Part shown: in pieces, positions 55,154 through 64,000 of the stretch
Layout of the letters: each line of letters opens with the position of its first letter
Numbering within the stretch: the first letter of the stretch is position 1
Assembly: GCA_000004985.1 (NCBI GenBank)
Contig: GG738923.1
Direction: 5' to 3' (one strand)
Length of the DNA stretch: 64,000 nucleotides
DNA from: Naegleria gruberi
Taxonomy: Eukaryota
Position numbers and translations under genes: made by a program
The notes under the pieces: generated by a model
The model's database searches: none
Seen by the model: the letters and a program-made list of their open reading frames with translations, nothing else
What the model was told of the DNA's origin: nothing

Positions 55154-58085
55154 GTGTTGAATAGGAAAACAATTAAAAAAATGCCTCCAAAATATAGTAA
55201 CAACTCCTATCGAAATTCGAATAATAGGAACAGTCATCATCATACACCATCAACAACAACACCAATCACTCCAACACCTTCATCTGGAGTACCTATTTCT
55301 AATAAAACACCAACACAAACAACAACTGATCCATCTCGTATCATTCCACAACCGCGTAGACGAAGATCAAGTGTTAATCGTGAGCAACAATCTTCTCCTT
55401 CAGGAGAATTAGAACATACAACAACAACAACAAGTCCAAATACAACCAATGGTTCTAACAATCATTCAACAACAGTACATAATAATAATACAACAAGTAC
55501 TCAAAATAATTTAGATGATGATTGCGAAAATCAAGCAGGACTTGCTACTAATGCTATTGAAAAAATCTTTAGTACCACTCTTCAATTTAATGCAGAATCT
55601 ATTCTTTCTGCTGTTGATTTGCTTCAACAAAGAAGAGAAGAACAATATCCAAATGAAAAGAGAAAGAGATTTACCATTAGAGAAATTCTCGAAGTTGGTA
55701 CAAAAAATCCAATTTGTAATGATAGACACAATGATTTACCAGATCTTGACTATAGAAAATTAGATTGGGGAATTACTCCTGTTCCACCAAAAGCAGCAGA
55801 ACTAGCAAAAAGGTATGTTTTTATTATTGTTGTATTAATAATAACAATTGGATAACTTTTTACACTACTTTAGACCATCAAGACAATCCTCTGGTATCAA
55901 TCAAAATGAATCTCTATTCGGAAGCAAACCATTCTCAGGAAGAGGAAGATCACTCAGCAGAGAAAATAATGCTATTCCTTCCAATAATACATCTAATACA
56001 TCGTCTTCAACAATAACAAATTCTTCATCAGGTAGCAGTAGATTTGCCTCATCTGCTATTACTAATAGTAGTAGCACTGTTATGAGAACAAGTGGAAAAG
56101 GAGCACTTTGGTTTGACCCTGGTATTGATACAAAGGAAAATAATCCTCTTGAATTAACCAATGAGGAAATTGAAAGAAAGAAAGCCTTTGAAGAGTTTAG
56201 AAAGATTAACCATGCTACAGTAGGAGCAGGTTCCTTCTTTGACTTTGGAGGAGAGGAAGGAGAGTCTCTTGAATCTGGACTTCATAGCTTTGATGATGAA
56301 TTACTTGATGAATCCCTTGAACCAACTTCTATGGATGAAATGGGCGGAAGTAATGCTAGTGACTTGGAGAATTACTTTAATACACTCAGCACTGGAGGTC
56401 ATCAAACACAGTTTGGTGGAATTGGAGCATCCCACTTTACTGAAGCTTCCCTCTATCCAAAAGAACAACAATTGAATGAAATTGAAGATGAATTTATTAG
56501 TCTTCCAACACCAAAATCAATGATTCCATCCCAAAAGAGAGACAAGCCACTATTTGCTCTTGATGATTCCTTGAATAAGGAACCAGTCAAACCTGTACAC
56601 AAAGGAGATCCTGTCATTTCCTCAGTACTTCAAAATAAGTCTGGAAAGTCTAGATTTGGTTTTGGAGACGGATTTGAATCTGATATTCAACCACAACAAC
56701 ATTCACAACCTCTTCCATTCACAACAAACAATGGTGGAGCAAGCAAATTCTTAAATATCAATAATCAACAAACTGGCTTGAATGTTGAAGATCAAGCTAT
56801 TTTACCAATCCATCATCAAACTCATACAGGAGGTGGAGCAACTATTAATGTAACAGCACTATTTGGAGGCTCATCAGCAATGCCAAGTCGTAAACAATCA
56901 AATCCTCCTATTCATCATCATGAAGCTTTCAATAATTTTGCACCTACAACAATTGAAAAGCATCCAGAAGAGGAAATTAATCATAACATTCACTTGGAAC
57001 AATTCCCAGTTATTGATGCATCAAATCAAATTTCAATGATGAGTGCCGAAGATTTAGAACTTCAATTCCTTAAATCATTAAATGATACAAACCAACCATC
57101 AATGCAAGAGTCTCAAGTACCTGAAGCAAACAAGATTAATCAACTTTTTAAACCAATTTCAAATGAACAAAATGTTGCACATCAAGAAGCTACCACTCAA
57201 CAACCAACTTCACAATTTGTTTCTCCATTCCAAAAATATCAAGAACAAAAACAAAATGAAAAGTCAGAAACTAAATTACCTGAAGATTTATCCCTCACTC
57301 CTTCAAAACAATCATCAGTTTCCAAGACCAGTGCAACTTCACCAGCATCGGCTGCCCAAAGAAAACTTTCAAAGACATCAGCTAATTCTCCATTTGTTCC
57401 ATCACATTTGATGAAAAAGATGGGTACCAATACTGAAAAGAAGATTAAGCTTAAGGTTAACACTCCAGTTACAAATACAGCAGCTGCAACCAAAACAGCA
57501 ACATCTCAACCAAGTAATGTTACAACATCAACAAATAATGGTTCATCTAATGTTACCACATCAACAGCTAATGTTGCATCTGTACCTGTACAACCAACTG
57601 TAGAAACTCAACAATCACCAATGATTAATCAACAACAAATGCCAATCATTCCTCAAAATGAATTTTTATCACAAAATAATATGGTACATTTGAATCCAAA
57701 CTTACTTCCACCAAATGGAAATCAACCTCCAGTTTCTCCAACCATTCCAATGAATATGGGAATGCCTATTAGCCCTCTCATGAATCAAAATCAACCTCCA
57801 ATTAGAATTTTGCAAAAGCCACCAACAGGTTTTGTGCCATCCCAACCATATCCAAACAGTCCAACTGCTTTCATTCCATTTAGTCCCCAAGGCCATCCAG
57901 TTCATCCTGGAATTCCTGCTGGTTTTATTCCACCAAATGGTAATATGTTCCCAAATGGATTCATTCCAAACAATGGCATGTTCCCACCACATCCAAACAT
58001 GTTCATGGGTAATCAACAACAAGATTTCTCTTCTCAAGCTCTTTCTCTCGAAGATTTGGAAAAAGAACTCATGAATCAAAAGTAA
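55154..58085 (+). CDS. Large S/T/N/Q/P-rich low-complexity protein, unknown function; 2 exons, 55154..55812 and 55874..58085
   Basis: A GTATGT donor at 55813 and a TTTAG acceptor at 55871-55873 join ...AAELAKR|PSRQSSGINQNE... in phase. Long poly-T/S/N/Q/P tracts, a short acidic region, and a C-terminal LSLEDLEKEL. No confident family assignment. Confidence 0.45.
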
Positions 58086-58218
58086 ACACCATTGTATCCA
58101 TAAAATAAATCTTATTGTAATCATATTTCTGACAGTTAATGAACCTAGCAGATCAATAAATTTCAACAATCTTTGTTGACATTTAATGAGTGGATTCTTT
58201 TTTTCACAACACAAAAAA

Positions 58219-59264
58219 ATGATGAAATCATCATCCCTCCTACTCATTGTCTTGTACTTCTTGGTTTTAACGTCATCAACTATGGTTGATGCCCATGCCA
58301 GATGGAAATATCCAACGTAAGTCATAAATCAACTTTAATATGTTGAATCAACATTGTTCTCTTATCAAATGAAAATAGTCCAAGAACATCTGATTCTGGT
58401 TTAAAGTGTTAGTACTTTATTTTTATGTGTGACATTAATTATCCAATAAATAGCTTATCCTTGTGGAGGTATTGAATTCTTCGGAAATGGTCAATCAATA
58501 ACAACTCTTCAACCAGGAAAACAAACTCTTCAATTTGAAGAAACTATTTCACATACAGGAGCTCCCTTCAGAATTGCTTTGAGTATTGATTCCGATTCTA
58601 ATTATGATTCATTGTAAGTTAGATTGCTCCTTTTTAACATGATTCGAATAGATTTTTGTTATTATAGTATTCTCATAGATCACATTCCACACAATGATGC
58701 AACTGAATCCTCTTCACTCAAGATTTATCAATACGAAGTAACAATTCCAGACATTGATTGTCCAAAGTGTTCACTTGCTTTGACTAATCCAATGACTGAT
58801 AAGATCGCTGCTGGAACTTGTTGTGCTTATCCTAAAGCATCTTCTTCAAGTCCTCAATGTGGAAGTGTTTATCACAGTTGTGCCAATATTGTTATTAAGG
58901 GTAAAATTCCAGTTGACCAATTCAAAGCTAACTATACTTATACTGGTCCATGTGGCGATTATCAAAGAGAATCTGCTGTAAGTTTTTCATTCTATTCGAA
59001 ACCATTCCTTAAACTAAACTAAATGTTTAGACCTGGGTAAGACAATCTGATTCTTCATGGAAATTGAGTGCAACTTTCACCAATTTTTATGTTCCACCAA
59101 CTTCACAACAATGTCCAATTTTCAATTCAACATGTGCCACTGGATCAAAGAGAACTTCCACCTCAACTGCCAACACTAATAATTCATCATCTTTGAGAGG
59201 ATTGCATAATGTAATGCTTATTGGATTTGTGGTTGCATTGATTTCAGTAATTGGATTATTTTAA
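58219..59264 (+). CDS. Secreted LPMO-like (AA10/AA15-type histidine-brace) protein with C-terminal hydrophobic (GPI/TM) tail; 5 exons, 58219..58316, 58379..58407, 58454..58613, 58668..58977, 59032..59264
   Basis: - Signal peptide MMKSSSLLLIVLYFLVLTSSTMVDA, then a mature N-terminus H-A-R-W-K-Y-P-T-P-R, cf. AA10 'HGYVESPASR' (His1...P7..R10).
- Candidate second brace His in IDHIPHND, about 73 residues in.
- ...GSVYHSCANIVIKG matches the LPMO C-terminal 'F/Y-x-x-C-(A/S)-D/N-(I/V)' strand, cf. CBP21 FYSCSDV.
- A Ser/Thr linker precedes the C-terminal hydrophobic tail LHNVMLIGFVVALISVIGLF.
- All four introns (42-63 nt) keep the frame. Confidence 0.55.
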
Positions 59265-59934
59265 ATATTTAAACTCTGCAGAATAAACTCAAAACTATCA
59301 ACTATATAAAACTATAGTTTCAACAATTCGGAATTAGTTTTTGGAAATATTCAAAGAGAAAACTTAAAGGTTTCTCGGTTCATCTTCATTCTTTTAATGT
59401 TCATAGTTAATTTCTCTGAATGGCTTGTTATAAAAGAAGCAATTTAACTTTTCTGATAAAAATCATTAGATTCCATTGTATATGAAGAGTTGACGAGTGG
59501 ATAATTTTCTATAGACTATCTAATCTGAAATAAGTGTACACATACGCATTGTAAAATGCGTTATTGATGATTTATAAGGTAAATTGCCAAAATTAAACAA
59601 CGATTCGAATAAGTTGTGATCTCGATTTACAAATCTATTCGAAAGGATCTTGCAAATTATTGAAAAAACATAGAAAAATTCTTCAATTTAATTCAACATT
59701 TAACAATACCCACTTTTCTATTAAAGTAAAACGCTAAATTAACTTCATCCTTTTTGAAAACATGTGACGAGTCAACTGCAATTAAATTATCAATTGGATT
59801 GAAGTAAACAACCAACAAATCAACGCTAATTACTCAAATGGAATGAAGGGAACAAAGCATTATGCTGACTTACCTATGTTTTTATTCATTCAGAAAAAAA
59901 CAAATACTTTCATCTGAGTACTCGGCTAAAGATC

Positions 59935-61656
59935 ATGGAAACTAAACAAACTAATGTTGCAAATTCGGAAACAAATTGTTTGACCTCATCAAATAGTAAA
60001 TCGAACAATTCATTGACTAGATGCGTTAGCAATATTTTACATAAGGGTTTTAGTAAGAAGAGAAGTGAGTCAGAGCAAGGATCAAATTCTTGTATACGAA
60101 AGGATGGACGAAACTCCAAGTCCTTAATGCAATCAGAATACAAATGCACAACAACAGCTCCTGCATTCTCATCAAAAGGAGCGCCAGCGTCCACTCTCAC
60201 CATTGCAACTCCTCAAAAGATTCCTTCACCTTCACTAGACGAAACCAATGATAACAATTTCTTCCACTCCCAACACAATTGTACCAAGAGGAGAAGAAAC
60301 ACAGTCTTCTTTCCCTCAACTCCAAGTATTGATGGTGTGAAAACTCCAACTTCTCCAAGTGGCTTGTTTCACTACTCGAGGCGATTGAGTGTTGATCATG
60401 CAACAATGGGAAACATTTTAGGAAGAATTATGTTTGTTGAGGAGAGACAAGTCATGTTTCTTAATTTCGAGAATTTAAAGATTGAATCGATCAAACATTT
60501 GGAGAATATTGCTGCATGTATTCGAATGTTGGTAAAAACTTCGATGGAGTCAAAGAGGAAAGATGGTCAATTTGATGGAAAGATTAAATGTTTTTTGAAT
60601 GATGACGATTTAGATTGTGATTCACATTTGTTTGATACCTATACACAAACAGTTCATATGAACCCTCTATTCGAAACTGTCACTCGATACACCAATAAGA
60701 GTTTATTTTCAGATCATCAGAGAAAAATCCAAAAATCCCTCAGAGATTGTGAAGTCTATGTAAAGACATGTCCATGCATTCTGGATCGTTATGTTTTCAT
60801 GGTCGATGATCAGATTGGTAAGGGAACTTATGGAACAGTTTCACTTGCAATGGATTTGAGTTTGGGAAGAAAGGTAGCTGTCAAGAGATTATGTAAGAAA
60901 ACTGTCAAACTCATTGGTATTGAAGAGTATGTGCAAAATGAAATGGAAATTATGAAACTCTTGAGGGATAATCCACATGAAAATATTGTCCAGGTATTAG
61001 ATATTCATGAAAGCGAGGCAGAATATCTATTTGTAATGGAGTACTTGTCAGGTGGTTGTCTGGATAATCCCTTCGATGAATTTGAAATCATTCCAGAAAG
61101 TCAAGCACAATTATACTTTTGTCAACTGGTGGATGCTGTTGATCATTTGCATTCAAAGTTAAAAGTTTTGCATCGAGATATACAGCCATCTAATTGTTGC
61201 TTTCTAGATACTGAAAAGAAATGGTTAAAATTGGTTGACTTTGGTTTGAGTTGTCAACCAACAGATTTCACTAAGAAGGAACATACATTATTTTGTGGAA
61301 ATAGTAATTATGCATGTCCTGAACTGTTACTAAAGAAGGCATATGGATCTGAAGTTGATGTCTATGCACTAGGAGTCCTTCTCTATAAGATACTGTTTGG
61401 TTGTTTCCCATTTCGTGGAGCTCAACAGAAATTGCTCATGCACTTTACAGTTCCACTGAAGGATGATGTAAATGGAGATGATGCAATGGGAAGTGATGAT
61501 TGTGGTCAGAATATTTCGAAATGTTGTAAAGATTTGTTGCATAATATTTTGGAAGTCAATTGTGAAAAGAGATTTTCCATACAAGATATCAAGAATCATC
61601 AATGGTACAAGATTGGAAAAACTCAGAAGGTGGATTTACTAGAAAGTCACGAATAA
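59935..61656 (+). CDS. Ser/Thr protein kinase (CAMK-like) with about 280-aa S/N-rich N-terminal extension; intronless; atypical catalytic-loop residues
   Basis: Kinase subdomains:
- IGKGTYGTVSLAMD (Gly loop)
- VAVKRL (VAIK)
- HRDIQPSNCCF (catalytic loop; canonical HRDLKPEN)
- VDFGLS (DFG)
- YACPELL (APE)
- DVYALGVLLY
The catalytic Asp, Asn and the DFG Asp are retained. Confidence 0.75.
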   Translation: METKQTNVANSETNCLTSSNSKSNNSLTRCVSNILHKGFSKKRSESEQGSNSCIRKDGRNSKSLMQSEYKCTTTAPAFSSKGAPASTLTIATPQKIPSPSLDETNDNNFFHSQHNCTKRRRNTVFFPSTPSIDGVKTPTSPSGLFHYSRRLSVDHATMGNILGRIMFVEERQVMFLNFENLKIESIKHLENIAACIRMLVKTSMESKRKDGQFDGKIKCFLNDDDLDCDSHLFDTYTQTVHMNPLFETVTRYTNKSLFSDHQRKIQKSLRDCEVYVKTCPCILDRYVFMVDDQIGKGTYGTVSLAMDLSLGRKVAVKRLCKKTVKLIGIEEYVQNEMEIMKLLRDNPHENIVQVLDIHESEAEYLFVMEYLSGGCLDNPFDEFEIIPESQAQLYFCQLVDAVDHLHSKLKVLHRDIQPSNCCFLDTEKKWLKLVDFGLSCQPTDFTKKEHTLFCGNSNYACPELLLKKAYGSEVDVYALGVLLYKILFGCFPFRGAQQKLLMHFTVPLKDDVNGDDAMGSDDCGQNISKCCKDLLHNILEVNCEKRFSIQDIKNHQWYKIGKTQKVDLLESHE

Positions 61657-61856
61657 ATATATAGCCAATGTTCAAGATTTCCAATCAATCTGTTAAATTC
61701 TTTCTTTCATTATATTTTACACACTTTATATTGTGAATCATTTCCACACATATATATGAGAATTGGAGAGATAACAGTTTGGATTGAAGAAGAGCTAATG
61801 ATGCACATTTATTTTGATTCGAATTTTCAAAAAAGTTGCCTCAAATCATCACTATA

Positions 61857-62516
61857 ATGGTTGTAGAAATTGTTTATTTCAAAGCTCACGAAGAGGTAAT
61901 TATATTCCGCACATACTGATGGTTTACAATATTTATCACAAAATTGAAAAAGGAATTATTGAAATTAATTGCACAAGTTGGTAAAATTGAATACCAATTA
62001 ACTGGACTCGAAGGAGAATCGTGGAAAAATCATAAACCATTTACAAGATATGGTCAACTTCCCTACTTGAAAGTTTCCGATGATTTTCATGTTTATCAAA
62101 CATTGGCAATTGCCAGATATCTTGCTCAGGAAGGTAATTTATATCCTCTCAATGAAAGAAGGGATGCAATTCTCACTGAAGAAGTAGTTGCTTCCTTAAA
62201 TGAAGTTTTGCTTGAATTCTTTAGAGTTTTCTATGAAATTAGTAATGAAAAAGAGAGAGAAGAAGAATTGAAGAAATTTAAGGAAGGAACTTTGCAAAGA
62301 GTATTTAGTGGATTGAATAATTTATTGAATGGAACTAAGTGTGGATATTTCATTGAAGGAATGTTGACGTGGGCTGATCTTTTTCTTTTGGAAATTGTAT
62401 TAAATTTGGAAAGTGTTGGAATTGATTATTCATTTGCTAATGGAATTCAAAGATTGAAACAAATTTTAATGGAAAATGAGCAAGTTAAGATTCATTTGGA
62501 AACGAGAAGAAAATAA
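61857..62516 (+). CDS. Sigma-class-like glutathione S-transferase; 2 exons, 61857..61895 and 61953..62516
   Basis: Exon 1 MVVEIVYFKAHEE ends at a GTAATT donor. Its AAAAAG acceptor joins in frame to ELLKLIAQVGKIEYQ...WKNHKPFTRYGQLPYLKVSDDFHVYQTLAIARYLAQ, which matches the GST-sigma '...PFGQLPVLEVDG..L.QS.AI.RYLA' region. A C-terminal α-helical domain follows. Confidence 0.55.
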
Positions 62517-62653
62517 ACAATTTCATTAATCAAAATCTTTGTCGACATGTTGATATCATTCGAATGTTAAATAAGAATTGTAATCTCCAAGATATTCTCA
62601 TAAAAAAAACATAATTATATTACAAAATCTACAAATTCAATCCAATAAACAAA

Positions 62654-63255
62654 TTAATCCAATTTTTGTTTGATTGGCCACAAGGCAGCAAACAATGGAG
62701 TTCCAATTGCATTTCCAATCATTGGTCCAACGATCATTGGTTTCTTCTTTAAGGTGAAAAAGATTGCAGAACCCAAAACTGAGGCAACCCAAATTTGATC
62801 CCAAAACATATTCATCTTATTGTGTGCAATTCTGAAAGCTCTATCATCAAAATTATTCTGTGTAAAGGTTCTAGTTCTTCCATAATACATGGCTGCAGTC
62901 AAGACAAATCCAATCGATGTACCTATCGAAATGAATCGAGGAAGTTTAATCTTGATTGATTCACCAAGTGAATGAGCAAGTGGCTTTTTAAGAATATACT
63001 GTTTGGTAGCAAAGTGAATTGGAGTATAGAGGGCACCTTAATCAATAATGATGATCATAACACAAATCGGAATGATCAAAACCTACCTAAAAATCCTCCC
63101 AATTGTATTCCTTTTAGCACTACATGATTAAAGACTGCCATTTTGGGATTTGGAATTTTCTGATCCTCTGGAATGTATACTTCGTCATTGTTTGTGGTTG
63201 TTTTTTGAGTGACCACAGAAGTGGAAGAGGCAGCAGAGCTGTTTGTTGTCGACAT
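62654..63255 (-). CDS. Small (about 185 aa) multi-pass membrane protein with Gly-zipper helices (possible Tim17/Tim22/OEP16 PRAT-like); 2 exons, 63087..63255 and 62654..63036
   Basis: MSTTNSSAASSTSVVTQ... The GTAGGT donor at 63081-86 and the TTAAG acceptor join ...GIQLGGFLG|GALYTPIHF.... GxxxG-rich helices (IGTSIGFVLTAAMYYG; VASVLGSAIFFTL; GPMIGNAIGTPLF) are present. The family assignment is tentative. Confidence 0.35.
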
Positions 63256-63492
63256 TTTTTTTCTCCTGTTGGAAAAGTGTTTGTAAGAGAAACTTGGTTG
63301 AGCAGAGGTAATTTTTGATTGGTTGGAAATTGTCCTCTAAGAAAAGGTGGACTTTATGAAATTGTACGCAAATATTGAAATAGAAACATGCCACTCTCGT
63401 CTTTTTCTCATTAATTTTCTCATTATTTTGGAATTAAATATGATAATATTTTGTAAAAATTAAAAAGTTTTTGTTTTATTTGACTTTAAAAA

Positions 63493-64000
63493 ATGAGTGA
63501 ATTTGAATACTATCATGATGGAGACATTCATTATGTAAATCATCACCAACAAGCTTCCAATTCTCATCAACAACAACAACAATATCAATCATCATATAGG
63601 AGTAATGATTATTCATCATCACCATCATCATCGGAATCATATCTTGATGATGGATATGTTCTTTTTCAATCTATACAAATATCAATTCCTATTTTACCCT
63701 TCTTGATCATGATGGGATTTGTATTATTCGTGATGGGATTAAGAGCCATTAAATATTTCCAATTATCTGTAAATTGGCATGTAATTACGAAGAGTTTCAA
63801 ACATCAAATTATATTGTTGAGTTTGTTTTTCCAAATTCCCTTGCTGTGCTTTTACTTGTATTCATTAATTAAATTCGGAAAGAGTGATGCATCACTAGTT
63901 TTAATTATAATTTTGAATTCAACTATTGGAGGAATGGCAAGTTTTATCAATGAGAAGAGTTTGGGTTATTTTGTCGTCATGTTGGCGTGTTTTATTTCAA
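63493..64000 (+). CDS. 5' part of a gene running past the window end; Q/S/N-rich N-terminus then multiple transmembrane helices
   Basis: ATG at 63493 in A-rich context. The ORF stays open to the end of the window and has hydrophobic segments (IPILPFLIMMGFVLFVMGL; IILLSLFFQIPLLCFYLYSLI). Confidence 0.35.
   Translation, partial: MSEFEYYHDGDIHYVNHHQQASNSHQQQQQYQSSYRSNDYSSSPSSSESYLDDGYVLFQSIQISIPILPFLIMMGFVLFVMGLRAIKYFQLSVNWHVITKSFKHQIILLSLFFQIPLLCFYLYSLIKFGKSDASLVLIIILNSTIGGMASFINEKSLGYFVVMLACFIS

Noticed and set aside
55640-55700. Putative eIF4E-binding-like motif (KRFTIREILEV) in the low-complexity protein, suggesting a 4E-T/Cup-like factor
   Set aside because: The canonical motif requires Tyr (YxxxxLΦ); here it is Phe. 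The rest of the protein gives no corroborating similarity, so the idea is too speculative to report as a call.
1-64000. Prokaryote-type features (CRISPR arrays, operons with RBS, σ70 promoters, rho-independent terminators), tRNA/rRNA genes
   Set aside because: The sequence is eukaryotic nuclear DNA, with GT-AG introns, signal peptides, proteasome/CK2 and other eukaryotic housekeeping genes. No direct-repeat/spacer arrays, no tRNA cloverleaf candidates (e.g. no GTTCGAATC T-loop boxes in a plausible context) and no rDNA-like segments were seen.

Overview
The window is eukaryotic nuclear DNA, not prokaryotic. It is AT-rich (roughly one-third GC) and very gene-dense, with about 33 protein-coding genes on both strands in 64 kb. 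Many genes carry spliceosomal introns with GTAAGT/GTATGT donors and (T/A)AG acceptors; intron lengths run from about 35-45 nt up to about 140 nt. The standard genetic code applies, since conserved genes end at TAA or TGA. Proteins often carry N/Q/S/T-rich low-complexity inserts. The source organism cannot be named from sequence alone. A ZMYND10 (dynein-arm assembly factor) ortholog implies motile cilia or flagella, and mitochondrial genes are present (NFS1, a PDK/BCKDK-family kinase). Genes recognised by protein homology:
- proteasome ATPase Rpt5/PSMC3
- casein kinase II alpha
- cysteine desulfurase NFS1
- serine palmitoyltransferase LCB1
- tyrosine aminotransferase
- serine carboxypeptidase (S10)
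- NCS/recoverin-type EF-hand protein
- SLC19-type folate/thiamine carrier
- PDK/BCKDK-type kinase
- p62/SQSTM1-like protein (PB1-ZZ-UBA)
- ZMYND10 ortholog
- ribosomal protein eS30
- OSCA/TMEM63 channel
- DASS/CitMHS-type permease with TrkA-C domains
- GNAT acetyltransferase
- sigma-like GST
- BTB-TLDc protein
- FHA protein
- CAMK-like kinase
- an LPMO-like histidine-brace secreted protein
No rRNA, tRNA or CRISPR was seen. The most unusual locus is a ~5.4 kb segment (about 40.4-45.8 kb) bounded by ~175-bp near-identical inverted repeats. It carries one intronless 1077-aa orphan P-loop GTPase gene and sits next to a mosaic of local duplications that includes a copied fragment of the OSCA gene's 3' end. 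Exon coordinates below were derived by hand from splice signals and reading-frame continuity, and should be treated as approximate to within a few nucleotides.
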